Of a DNA stretch of 64,000 nt, positions 16,971 to 25,529 are shown in pieces. Source of the DNA: Elusimicrobia bacterium RIFOXYA2_FULL_47_53 (GTDB lineage Bacteria > Elusimicrobiota > Endomicrobiia > Endomicrobiales > XYA2-FULL-47-53); contig MGVE01000020.1 in assembly GCA_001800315.1 (NCBI GenBank), forward strand, positions 30,641 to 94,640, written 5' to 3'. Under the pieces are notes generated by a model. The model searched no databases, had not been told where the DNA came from, and was given only the letters and a program-made list of their open reading frames with translations. A program made the position numbers and the translations under genes. Numbering within the stretch: the stretch's first letter is position 1; the number at the start of each line of letters is the position of its first letter.

Positions 16971-17099
16971 GTGCAAAACAATGGAGGCGCTTCTATTTGT
17001 AGCAATGGTGTCAGGCTTCACTAACTTAACTAACTTATTGGAACTAACTGAACTACAATGCAACACAATGGAATTTGAAGCCGAAGTTAAGGAGTTAAA

Positions 17100-17513
17100 G
17101 TGAAAAACAAGAGTATAATAATTCCAAAGGGTGAGTCTGGGTGCAGCGGGTGCCCGTCATATTGCTGTCACGATCTTGCCATGGTTATAACCAGGCCAAC
17201 AAATGCGACGGAAATAGACGAATTGAGATGGTATTTGCATTACGATACCATAAATATCTTTATAACTAACCACCGGTGGCATATACTGGTTAAAGGCAGA
17301 TGCATTTACCTTAACAAACAGAATCTGTGCGATATTTATAATAAGCGTTCTCGCCGCTGCAGGGCGCATAAAGCTCCCGATTGTGAACGCCATGGCGATT
17401 ATCATGATGTTATGCTTAAAACTCCGGAAGAGCTGGACAAATATTTGATGTCGGAAAAAGCTAAACGCGCCAGGCGGGCAAAAGCCCGGTCCAGAAAGGC
17501 GCTAAAGAAATAG
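17100..17513 (+). CDS. YkgJ-family cysteine-cluster protein (CxxCxxCC, UPF0153)
   Basis: CSGCPSYCCHD plus later CIYL...LCDIY...RCRAH...C. Basic C-terminal tail. GTG start with RBS aaggag. Confidence 0.7.
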   Translation: MKNKSIIIPKGESGCSGCPSYCCHDLAMVITRPTNATEIDELRWYLHYDTINIFITNHRWHILVKGRCIYLNKQNLCDIYNKRSRRCRAHKAPDCERHGDYHDVMLKTPEELDKYLMSEKAKRARRAKARSRKALKK

Positions 17514-17676
17514 CCAGCGGCATGGCGCAACAAACCTCTTTTTAATTCGCCTGTTCCTTTCCCGCATCGGAACGGGCGAATATATTAGTCTGTTGCGCTG
17601 GTTCGCTCTTGATTTGTACCATAAATTATGGTAACACTACCATTATTTATGGTAATAACATTTTACCGGGGGCATA

Positions 17677-18171
17677 ATGGCAGAAAATTCTAAGCACAAA
17701 AGATCCGAAATTTTGTTCTGGCTCGCGCTGGCGTTCGGCGCGGCGCATTTTATCGGCATTTCGCTTGAAATAGCGGGGCAGGTTTCCGGTTTTGTTCTTG
17801 ATAAGTTTCCGCTCAAATCGTCCTTATTCCTGGGCAACATTTATCTGGCCCTGCTTTCGGCTTACGCGGGACAAAAGGAGTTTTCCCGCTGGCAGTCCGA
17901 TCCGGACAGTACCGTTCTTGGGTCAAAAACAATAAAGAAAATATCGCGCGGGGAGATTATCATAGGGCTCTGGACGCTTCTTTTGGGCGCCGCGGTTCTG
18001 CTGGTAATTACCGCGCATATAACCGCTGTCTCCGAAAACCTGCTGATAACTGTCGGCGAGGTGGTTATTATATATTTTGGCACCGGCGCGTCAAAATACT
18101 TAAAAAACAAGAAAACCGCCCGAGCCGGGAAGCCGGCCGCGGAACCTGTCAAGCCGGAAACCGCGGATTAA
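17677..18171 (+). CDS. Membrane protein, unknown function
   Basis: 164 aa with 4 hydrophobic helices. No motif recognised. Confidence 0.5.
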   Translation: MAENSKHKRSEILFWLALAFGAAHFIGISLEIAGQVSGFVLDKFPLKSSLFLGNIYLALLSAYAGQKEFSRWQSDPDSTVLGSKTIKKISRGEIIIGLWTLLLGAAVLLVITAHITAVSENLLITVGEVVIIYFGTGASKYLKNKKTARAGKPAAEPVKPETAD

Positions 18172-18180
18172 GGAGCAGAA

Positions 18181-18492
18181 ATGAATACCGAAATAGTTGT
18201 GGCAAGGTGCGGGCTGATTTGTTCCAAATGCGGGGCGTATCTTAAAAAGAAATGTCAGGGATGCCATAGCGATAAGCCGATGTTTAAAGGCTGTCCGGTA
18301 AAAAAGTGCGCGATTGAGAAGAATATACTTACCTGCGCAGACTGCAAGGATTTTTCCGACCTTAAAGAATGCAGAAAATTAAATAACATGATTTCTAAAA
18401 TAATTTCACTTTTCACAAAATCCAACAGAGTCGGTTCACTTTGCCGCATCCGCGAAATCGGCCTTGATAAATTCAAATCCGAAAACGCTTGA
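18181..18492 (+). CDS. DUF3795-like Cys-rich protein
   Basis: CGLICSKCGAY..KKCQGCHS......GCPVKKCA.EK....CADC..F is the DUF3795 cysteine pattern. RBS aaggag. Confidence 0.7.
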   Translation: MNTEIVVARCGLICSKCGAYLKKKCQGCHSDKPMFKGCPVKKCAIEKNILTCADCKDFSDLKECRKLNNMISKIISLFTKSNRVGSLCRIREIGLDKFKSENA

Positions 18493-18583
18493 CGCTTTAC
18501 CTCGTCTAAAACCACAAATATTTTGCTACAATTGAAACTATAAAGCGGTCTGCTTTGTCTAATTTTTGAACGGGAGGCGGGCG

Positions 18584-19141
18584 ATGGCAAACAATACAGT
18601 AAAAACTACAGCCGGATCATTGCTTCTGGTTGCGTTGGTTTTGGGAGCCTGGATTTATCTCGGAGCCGACGAGCGGAAGAGCGGCGGCATGACGCTTGCC
18701 GAAGCGGTAAACCTCGCCCGTGAGGGAAAACAGAACGAGGCTGTTGAGGCGATAAAGAAAATTATCGCGGGTATGCCCGAACAGGAAAGCCTTGAGGCTC
18801 ATTTAAGCCTGGGGCTGGTTTATTTTAAGGGCAATCAGCACGAGAACGCCCTGTCGGAGTTCTCAAAAAGCGTGGAAATAAAAAAAGATACGCCCATGGC
18901 ATATTATTTCATGGGCTTGATTTATGAGTCTAAGGCGCTGGAGTCCGGGCTCTCTGCCGGCGCTTCCGGGGATTTAAAAAGAAAGGCGCTTGCCCAGTGG
19001 GAGTCTTATCTGGAGGCAAGCGAGAAATCGGAAATAAGCCGGTCGCACAGGCATTTAGGAATATCAAGGGAAGAAAGCATTCAGCGCGCTCAAAAACACA
19101 TACATATATTAAAGGAGGAGCTTGAGTATGAGAATAAATAA
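18584..19141 (+). CDS. TPR-repeat protein with N-terminal membrane anchor
   Basis: ATG 18584 follows RBS gggagg (the tracked TTG 18566 is less likely). TPR-like pairs (AHLSLGLVYFKGNQHENALSEFSKSVEI, AYYFMGLIYESKA). Confidence 0.6.
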   Translation: MANNTVKTTAGSLLLVALVLGAWIYLGADERKSGGMTLAEAVNLAREGKQNEAVEAIKKIIAGMPEQESLEAHLSLGLVYFKGNQHENALSEFSKSVEIKKDTPMAYYFMGLIYESKALESGLSAGASGDLKRKALAQWESYLEASEKSEISRSHRHLGISREESIQRAQKHIHILKEELEYENK

Positions 19142-19697
19142 ATTAAGCCTCCTCTTCGCGCTGGCCTTCGCCGTATTTTTCTCTTCCTGCGCCACGCAGA
19201 CGCTGGTTCTCAAGCAGGGTTACGATTTCAGCAAAGTAAAACGCGTTGCCGTGCTTCCCTTCAGCGGCGATATATATTCCAACTCGGGCCAGATGGTTTC
19301 CGAGATATTCATGAAACACCTCCTCGGAGCGGGTTATAATGTCGTGGAAAGAAACGAGCTTGACGCTATAATGAAAGAATATAACCTCTCAAAATCAGGG
19401 CTGATGAACCCCGAACAGATAAAGCAGTTAAAACTCTCGGGAGTTGACGCTCTTGTAGCAGGTTCCATTACCAAAGATACCCCCGAAATGAATCTTTTTG
19501 AGAACGGTTACCCGCGTTTTGTAGCGGCGCAGGCGGGCATAACCTGCAGAATGATAGATGTTGAGACAGGCGAGCTTCTCTGGGCCGGTTCCGACACTTA
19601 CGACGGCATGACACAGCAGACGGCTTTTGATTATCTGGCTGAATCCATTGTGCGCCAGCTTGTCAGAGACATACGAAACGCGAAAAAAATTGAGTAA
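19128..19697 (+). CDS. Lipoprotein with LpoB/CsgG/FlgO-like domain
   Basis: ATG 19128 follows RBS aaaggaggag. Lipobox FFSSC. VAVLPFSG...ERNELDAIMKE...LSGVDALVAGSIT is the pattern of this periplasmic lipoprotein fold. Confidence 0.6.
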   Translation: MRINKLSLLFALAFAVFFSSCATQTLVLKQGYDFSKVKRVAVLPFSGDIYSNSGQMVSEIFMKHLLGAGYNVVERNELDAIMKEYNLSKSGLMNPEQIKQLKLSGVDALVAGSITKDTPEMNLFENGYPRFVAAQAGITCRMIDVETGELLWAGSDTYDGMTQQTAFDYLAESIVRQLVRDIRNAKKIE

Positions 19698-19698
19698 G

Positions 19699-19797
19699 TT
19701 GAAAAAGGTGTCTTTGCGAGGCCGCAGGCCGAGGCAATCTCGCTGTTTCGTCGGAAAGACGAGATTGCTTCTCTCCCTTCGGGAGTTCGCAATGACA
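19699..19797 (+). repeat. MITE-like element copy B1 (relative of 62989-63134)
   Basis: Shares ttgaaaaag, gtctttgcgagg, gcaatctcg...cgagattgcttc (a 10-12 bp hairpin) and gttcgcaatgaca with the element at 62989-63134. Confidence 0.7.
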
Positions 19798-19914
19798 AAC
19801 GCGGCAAATATGATCCCGAATTACACCCCGGGGGTGTAATAAGGTTATGGCTCTTATCTGGTGAGTTGACAGAAATTACAGGTTATAGTAAAATTACCGC
19901 ATTGAAAACTTAAT

Positions 19915-20010
19915 AGTTCACGAGGGAGGCCGTAAAACGGCCTGAGAGTTCCGCACTTTAAGCGGATTACCTTAAGAACCTGATCTGGTTAATACCAGCG
20001 TAGGGAGGTG
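19915..20010 (+). promoter_or_regulatory. TPP (THI-box) riboswitch aptamer
   Basis: Hallmark blocks ggcctgagag and aacctgatctggttaataccagcgtagggag (consensus CUGAGA ... ACCUGAUCUGGAUAAUACCAGCGUAGGGA), upstream of thi4. Confidence 0.85.
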
Positions 20011-20050
20011 ATAAATGATTTTTGGGGCCGTCGGCCCAGCTTTCAGAACT

Positions 20051-20080
20051 CCTCGTACCGCTCAGGTATGAGGTTTTTTT
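20051..20080 (+). terminator. Intrinsic terminator (riboswitch expression platform)
   Basis: Stem CCTCGTAC (20051-20058) / GTATGAGG (20066-20073) with one G-U pair, followed by T7 (20074-20080). Confidence 0.7.
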
Positions 20081-20152
20081 ATTTGCAGTGTTCAAACGCC
20101 ATATTTCAGCAGGATAACCTGGGAAAAACCCCGCAAAAAGGAGAGTATATTT

Positions 20153-20932
20153 ATGTTAGACGAAGTCGTCATTTCAAGAGCGATTACGGAAAGTTTCATG
20201 AAGGTGTTTATGGATTACATGGATGTGGATGTTGCCATAGCCGGAGCCGGGCCCGCCGGTCTTGTCTGCGCGTATTACCTGGCCCGGGCAGGCAAAAAAG
20301 TAGCGGTGTACGAGAGGCACCTTAAAGTCGGGGGTGGAATGCCCGGCGGAGGAATGATGTTTAATCGCATAGTAATACAAGATGAAGCCAGGCCGATACT
20401 CCAGGGAGAGATTGGCGTTGATATAGAAAGCTATAAGGACGGCATGTATATAGCCGACTCGGTTGAGGCCATAGCGACCATAACTTCAAAAGCCATTAAG
20501 GCGGGCGTTAAGATATTTAACCTTATGAGCGTTGAGGATGTTATGATAAGGGAAAACAAAGTTTCAGGTGTTGTGCTTAACTGGAGCTCGGTCGGCTGGT
20601 CCAAGCTCCATGTGGACCCGCTTTGCGTGCGCGCCAAAGCCGTGGTTGACGCGACCGGCCACGATACCGAGGTCTGCAAAATAGTTGAGCGCAAGTCGGG
20701 CCCGGTTCTTAACACAAAAACCGGCGGCGTGCTGGGTGAAAAATCCATGTGGGCCGAGGTTGGCGAGGGTGTAATAATGGATAATACAAAAGAAGTTTAT
20801 CCCGGGCTTTATGTCTGCGGCATGGCCTCAAACGGGGTTTACGGTTCGCCCCGCATGGGCGCGATTTTCGGCGGCATGATTCTGTCCGGCAAAAAGGCCG
20901 CGACCCTGATTTTGCAGAATATAAGCCGCTAA
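20153..20932 (+). CDS. thi4: Thiazole synthase Thi4 family (ADP-thiazole synthase)
   Basis: VDVAIAGAGPAGLVCAYYLA dinucleotide fold, VYERHLKVGGGM.GGGMMF, HDTEV. About 260 aa. Controlled by the TPP riboswitch. Confidence 0.9.
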   Translation: MLDEVVISRAITESFMKVFMDYMDVDVAIAGAGPAGLVCAYYLARAGKKVAVYERHLKVGGGMPGGGMMFNRIVIQDEARPILQGEIGVDIESYKDGMYIADSVEAIATITSKAIKAGVKIFNLMSVEDVMIRENKVSGVVLNWSSVGWSKLHVDPLCVRAKAVVDATGHDTEVCKIVERKSGPVLNTKTGGVLGEKSMWAEVGEGVIMDNTKEVYPGLYVCGMASNGVYGSPRMGAIFGGMILSGKKAATLILQNISR

Positions 20933-20962
20933 GGCCCCAATTTGCATCGCGTAAACGCGAAT

Positions 20963-21008
20963 GAATCGCTTTCCGGAGGCGCGCCTTCCGGGAGGCGATT
21001 CTTTTTTT
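20963..21008 (+). terminator. Rho-independent terminator after thi4
   Basis: gaatcgctttccggagg / ccttccgggaggcgattc long stem followed by T7 (21002-21008). Confidence 0.8.
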
Positions 21009-21017
21009 GCCGCGCGT

Positions 21018-21047
21018 TTGGAACTTCCCGTCCAAAATTGTTATAAT
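21018..21047 (+). promoter_or_regulatory. Sigma70-like promoter
   Basis: TTGGAA (21018-21023), 18 nt, TATAAT (21042-21047) with TGn extended -10. Confidence 0.5.
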
Positions 21048-21081
21048 TAATCTGATGCTAATCCCGTATAATGAGGTACAA

Positions 21082-22362
21082 ATGAAACTTTTTAGAATTA
21101 TCGCATTAATTTTTGTGGGTGTAACCTTCGCGGCCGGTATTTCTTTTGCCGACTCCTACGACAGGCTTGCCTCGGAACTTTCCCAGTCCGCCCAGCTTTT
21201 AAAAAACCCCAAGGTCGCCATAATTCCGTTTAGCTATGTTGATAAAAGGAAATCCGACGGCGGCGCGATAGTCGTTGAGCGCCTGACGACGCGTATCGTC
21301 AAGCTTAAAAAGTTTCAGGTTATTGAACGCCAGCTTCTTGAAAATGTTCTTCAGGAACTCCATCTTGAAACCACGGGGGTCGTGGACGCGGAGACGACCA
21401 GGCAACTCGGCAAAGTGCTCGGAGTTGATGCCATAGTGGCGGGAACTCTGCTGGATGTGGAAAACGGCATGGTGGAACTCAACGCCCGCGTGATTAAGAC
21501 TGAAACCGCCGAGGTTATAGGAACAGCCTCGGTTGAAATAGAAAAAATATGGCAGGACATCAGCACGGCCCAGGCTCAACAGCCCGCCGCGCCGCAGCAG
21601 CAACAGCAGCAGCCGTCGGCTCAGCAGGTTTACTACGCGCCGCCGCCAAAAGCCGCGCCAAAGGTAAAGCAGGATGTATTCTTTGACCTCTTTTTTGCCG
21701 GAGGAAGCGGCAAGGCCACTATAACTTTTAACAATTATTCCTTTCCGGTGAGGGAAACCGATCTGAATATTGATTTTGACGGCGACGGCACGCTTGAAAA
21801 CGCGGTTTCTTACACAAAAATAATCATCAATGACGCCGCTACCGATAATTCGTCCACGCTGTTTGGCGGCAGGATGGTGGCTTTCTCAAGGAATTTCGGC
21901 TTCAGCTTTGAGATGTCAAATTTTGCCCAGGTGACAACCAGGCAGAAAACGACTATCTCGCTCGGTTCGTCCAGCAAGGCGCTGAGCATTAATTCCGATG
22001 ACTATATTAAAGTAAATTCCTTTGCCCTTCTGTCGGGAGATCTGCTCTTGAGGTTCGCGAAAAAGAAGTTTCAGCCTTATGTGGGCATAGGCCTGGGCCT
22101 GGCTATCAATAACATCAGCTCGCCGTACATATACGCGTATTCCGGCTCCGTGTATACAAAGCCGATGAACGAAACAGTCGCGGGATTCCTTTTCAGGGTG
22201 CCGATGGGCGCGAGAATAGTGCTTGGCGACGACGCTTCGGCGTTTATTGAGTATCGGCCGGTAGTAAACAGTTTCAATTTCACGAGAGGCATAAAAAATG
22301 AAACCGATTCGGTGGCGCTTACCGCGGGGTTTCTGCTTCTCGGAGCCGGATTTAAATTCTAA
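21082..22362 (+). CDS. Outer-membrane protein: LpoB/FlgO-like N-domain, Q-rich linker, C-terminal beta-barrel
   Basis: ATG 21082 gives signal peptide MKLFRIIALIFVGVTFAAGISFA. VAIIPFSY...IERQLLENVLQE...LGVDAIVAGTL is paralogous to gene 19128. PQQQQQQPSAQQ linker. Alternating beta-strand pattern ending ...LLLGAGFKF. Confidence 0.6.
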   Translation: MKLFRIIALIFVGVTFAAGISFADSYDRLASELSQSAQLLKNPKVAIIPFSYVDKRKSDGGAIVVERLTTRIVKLKKFQVIERQLLENVLQELHLETTGVVDAETTRQLGKVLGVDAIVAGTLLDVENGMVELNARVIKTETAEVIGTASVEIEKIWQDISTAQAQQPAAPQQQQQQPSAQQVYYAPPPKAAPKVKQDVFFDLFFAGGSGKATITFNNYSFPVRETDLNIDFDGDGTLENAVSYTKIIINDAATDNSSTLFGGRMVAFSRNFGFSFEMSNFAQVTTRQKTTISLGSSSKALSINSDDYIKVNSFALLSGDLLLRFAKKKFQPYVGIGLGLAINNISSPYIYAYSGSVYTKPMNETVAGFLFRVPMGARIVLGDDASAFIEYRPVVNSFNFTRGIKNETDSVALTAGFLLLGAGFKF

Positions 22363-22440
22363 AAACAGCGCCGACAGCCCTTTCCCCCTGCCTTCACCTC
22401 TGCTGAAACTACGAAGAGGCGGAGCCAGGGGGACAATTTT

Positions 22441-23808
22441 ATGGAACGCTCAAGCAAAAAAATACTGCTGATAGTAACCGCGATGGGTTCGTTTCTCGCG
22501 CCGTTTATGGGCTCGGCCATTGTCGTCGCTTTGCCCGTGCTCGGCGCCGAATTCTCCATGAGCGCGGTCTCGCTCACCTGGGTAGCGATGTCTTACCTGC
22601 TCTCCGCCGCGGTTTTTCTTCTGCCGGCGGGTAGGCTCTCCGATATTTTCGGCAGAAAGCATATGTTTGCCGGAGGGATAGCGCTTTTCGGCGCGTCCTC
22701 TCTGCTCTCGGCCTTTTCAAATTCGGTATCCCTTCTGCTTGTTTCAAGATTTATTCAGGGTATTTCCGGAGCGATGATATTTTCCAGCCCCATGGCCATG
22801 CTCATGACTGCTTTTAAGCCTGACGAGCGCGGGAAAGCCATAGGCATTAATGTCGCCTCGGTTTATATCGGCCTTTCCGCGGGGCCGTTTGTCGGAGGGA
22901 TTTTTACGGGGCAGTTCGGCTGGCGCAGTATTTTTATTTTGCAGTCGGCGCTCGCTTTCATTACTCTTGTCCCCGCGGTTTTTATGCTTGAAAAAGAAAC
23001 GCCGGCCGCAAGCGGAGAAAAATTTGACTGGAAGGGGTCGCTGGTCTACTGCGCGGTGCTGGCGGCTTTGATGTTCGGAGTCACTCATCTGACGCTTTCG
23101 TACGGAGCGGCGCTGGCGGTGGCGGGTTTTCTGGGATTATTCGTTTTCTGGCAGATAGAAGAGAGGGTTGAATTCCCGGTATTTAACGCCCGTCTTTTCA
23201 TGCAGAACAGGGTTTTCGCGTTCTCAAATCTCGCCGCTCTCATTAATTACAGCGCCACGGCGGCTGTTGGTTTTATCCTCAGCCTTTACCTGCAATATAT
23301 AAAGGGGTTCAGCCCGCAGGTTTCCGGGCTGCTGCTCGTGGTGCAGCCGGTTATCCAGGCGGTTTTTTCGCCGTTCGCGGGAAGGTTGTCGGACAAAAAG
23401 GAGCCGCAGCTTATAGCTTCCTTTGGCATGGCGCTGACTGCCGCCGGGCTTTTTATACTTATTTTTCTTGATAACTCCACTCCGCTGTGGCTGATAGTTT
23501 TTTGTCTCGCGCTCATGGGCTTTGGATTCGCGCTGTTTTCTTCGCCCAACACTAACGCTGTTATGAGTTCTGTTGACAGGAAATTTTACGGTGTTGCTTC
23601 CGGAATCCTCGGGACGATGCGTCTGACAGGGCAGATGATGAGCATGGCAGTGGCAACGCTTGTCTTCTCTATTGTGATAGGCGGTTTGCGGATAACCCCC
23701 GAAAGCCATCACCTTTTTCTAAAAAGCTCAAGGATAGTTATTACCGTCCTGGCCGCGATGTGTGTCAGCGGCATATTCGCGTCGTTGGCGCGCGGCAAAG
23801 TCCGTTGA
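22441..23808 (+). CDS. MFS transporter (DHA2/EmrB-like, about 14 TM)
   Basis: GRLSDIFGRK motif A; 14 hydrophobic segments; 455 aa. Confidence 0.85.
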   Translation: MERSSKKILLIVTAMGSFLAPFMGSAIVVALPVLGAEFSMSAVSLTWVAMSYLLSAAVFLLPAGRLSDIFGRKHMFAGGIALFGASSLLSAFSNSVSLLLVSRFIQGISGAMIFSSPMAMLMTAFKPDERGKAIGINVASVYIGLSAGPFVGGIFTGQFGWRSIFILQSALAFITLVPAVFMLEKETPAASGEKFDWKGSLVYCAVLAALMFGVTHLTLSYGAALAVAGFLGLFVFWQIEERVEFPVFNARLFMQNRVFAFSNLAALINYSATAAVGFILSLYLQYIKGFSPQVSGLLLVVQPVIQAVFSPFAGRLSDKKEPQLIASFGMALTAAGLFILIFLDNSTPLWLIVFCLALMGFGFALFSSPNTNAVMSSVDRKFYGVASGILGTMRLTGQMMSMAVATLVFSIVIGGLRITPESHHLFLKSSRIVITVLAAMCVSGIFASLARGKVR

Positions 23809-23869
23809 CACCGCGAGTCGGAATTTGTATAAATAGAAATATAAAATAATAACTTAAGGAGGAATTACA

Positions 23870-24070
23870 ATGGTAATAGACCCGGTTTGCAAGATGGAGA
23901 TTGAAGAGTCAACCGCAGTGGCGACCAGCGAATACAACGGTAAAAAGTATTATTTCTGCGCCAAGGGCTGCAAAATAGCGTTTGATAAAAACCCGGATAA
24001 ATATGTGGCCGGAACCGAGAAAGGCAAAGGCGGCTGCGGTTGCTGCGGCGGAGGAAATTGCGGGGAATAA
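23870..24070 (+). CDS. YHS/TRASH-domain metal-binding protein
   Basis: DPVCKM....TA....YNGKKYYFCAKGCK..F..NP..Y, plus a Cys/Gly-rich tail GCGCCGGGNCGE. RBS aaggagg. Confidence 0.75.
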   Translation: MVIDPVCKMEIEESTAVATSEYNGKKYYFCAKGCKIAFDKNPDKYVAGTEKGKGGCGCCGGGNCGE

Positions 24071-24150
24071 TCCGCGGCGGGGCGGCGCGAGCGTCCGGGC
24101 GAAATTCGGATCGCGTTAGCAGTTTAATTTTAAAGCGGAGGAATATATTT

Positions 24151-24627
24151 ATGGCAGACAAAATAGCCGTGCTTGAAACCAACCAGGGAACCATTGAGAT
24201 AAAGCTTATGCCCGAAATCGCGCCCAAGGCCTGCGAAAATTTTGAGGGCCTTATAAAAAAGGGCTACTATGACGGCATAATATTTCACCGTGTCATAAAA
24301 AACTTCATGATTCAGGGTGGAGACCCGACGGGCACCGGCACCGGCGGCAAATCCATATGGGGAAAAGCTTTTGCCGACGAATTTTCCAAGGATGTCGCGT
24401 TTACCAAGGCCGGCCTGCTCGCCATGGCAAACGCCGGGCCAAATACGAACGGCAGCCAGTTTTTTATCACGACCGCCAAAACCCCCTGGCTTAACAACCA
24501 TCATACGATATTCGGCGAAGTGATTTCCGGCTACGACGCGGTGGCAAAAATTGAAAATACCTATACCGATTCGGACGATGTCCCGCGCGAAACACAGTCC
24601 ATTAAACGCGCTTACATGAAAAGCTGA
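24151..24627 (+). CDS. Peptidyl-prolyl cis-trans isomerase (cyclophilin type)
   Basis: FHRVIKNFMIQGGDPTGTGTGG, MANAGPNTNGSQFFIT, HTIFGEV. ATG 24151 lies within tracked ORF 24040. Confidence 0.9.
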   Translation: MADKIAVLETNQGTIEIKLMPEIAPKACENFEGLIKKGYYDGIIFHRVIKNFMIQGGDPTGTGTGGKSIWGKAFADEFSKDVAFTKAGLLAMANAGPNTNGSQFFITTAKTPWLNNHHTIFGEVISGYDAVAKIENTYTDSDDVPRETQSIKRAYMKS

Positions 24628-24629
24628 AA

Positions 24630-25520
24630 ATGTTTGAGGGCGCGGTAAGCTATGAGGGCGTGGTGATTCGCCCGCCGAGCGAGGCGGGAAGCCTGATCCT
24701 GCAGGCCACTCTGGGCTGCTCGGACAACGGGTGTATTTTCTGCCCCGCCTATAAAGAAAAACAATTCAGAATTAAGGATTTTGCGGTTTTTGAAAGAGAG
24801 GTTTCGGCGGCCGCAAAAGTTATGCCGGATATCCGCCGGGTTTTCCTAGCCGACGGAGACGCCCTGGCTATTCCCGCGGCCGGATTTCTAAAAATACTTG
24901 ACCTGCTCTCTGAAAAATTCAAGGCTCTCTCGCGGGTTTCCGCTTACGGTTCCGTCAAAAGCCTTGAAAATAAAACGCTTGCCGAACTCAGGGAATTTAA
25001 AGCGCGCAAGCTCGGCACGGTGTATCTCGGCTTTGAAACCGGCGATGAGAAAGTCTATAGGCTGATAAATAAATACGGTTCGCCCGGGGGCAATGTTGAA
25101 ACCTGCCTCAAGGTAAAAGAGGCCGGCCTGACAGCTAATGTTACGGTAATTCTGGGGCTCGGCGGCAAAGCGCTTTCCGAAGCGCACGCGGTAAATACGG
25201 CCAGAGTTTTGACCCTGGCAGCACCTTCCCAGGTGGCGGCGCTTACCCTTATGATAGAGCCGGGCACGCCGCTCCATGATTTGCGGGCCAGCGGCGAATT
25301 CCGGGAGATAGACGAGTTTGAAATTCTCAGCGAACAGAAAATTATGCTTGAGAATATGGGCGATTTCAGGTGCCAGTATTTTTCAAACCACGCCTCAAAC
25401 TTTTTACCGGTAGCCGCGAGGTTTCCGAAAGACAAGGCCGCGGTTATAGACGCCTTAAACCAGATATTGCTTTCTCGGAATAAGTCCGGCCTCACGCCGG
25501 ATTTTATGAGAGGTTTATAG
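24630..25520 (+). CDS. Radical SAM domain protein
   Basis: VIRPPSEA.SLILQATLGCSDNGCIFCP cluster near the N-terminus (spacing here is Cx4Cx2C rather than the canonical Cx3Cx2C). GDALAIP, GFETGDE. TIM-barrel-like length. Confidence 0.6.
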   Translation: MFEGAVSYEGVVIRPPSEAGSLILQATLGCSDNGCIFCPAYKEKQFRIKDFAVFEREVSAAAKVMPDIRRVFLADGDALAIPAAGFLKILDLLSEKFKALSRVSAYGSVKSLENKTLAELREFKARKLGTVYLGFETGDEKVYRLINKYGSPGGNVETCLKVKEAGLTANVTVILGLGGKALSEAHAVNTARVLTLAAPSQVAALTLMIEPGTPLHDLRASGEFREIDEFEILSEQKIMLENMGDFRCQYFSNHASNFLPVAARFPKDKAAVIDALNQILLSRNKSGLTPDFMRGL

Positions 25521-25529
25521 GGGATATTC

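Larger units (their letters stand above)
15447..17030 (+). mobile_element. 1.58-kb AT-rich cassette bounded by perfect 27-bp terminal inverted repeats; no transposase inside
   Basis: gttaagttagtgaagcctgacaccatt (15447-15473) is the exact reverse complement of aatggtgtcaggcttcactaacttaac (17004-17030). Imperfect complementarity continues about 15-20 nt outward. Contains its own promoter and two ORFs. Confidence 0.65.

Noticed and set aside
20008-20325. 105-aa tracked ORF overlapping the riboswitch and the thi4 start.
   Set aside because: It starts inside the TPP aptamer, runs through the attenuator terminator and overlaps thi4 out of frame. The thi4 frame has the RBS and family motifs.
21590-21625. 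CAG/CAA triplet run as a possible phase-variation microsatellite.
   Set aside because: The run is imperfect and in triplets, so slippage would only change the Gln-linker length and would not switch the frame. No evidence for phase variation can be obtained from one sequence.
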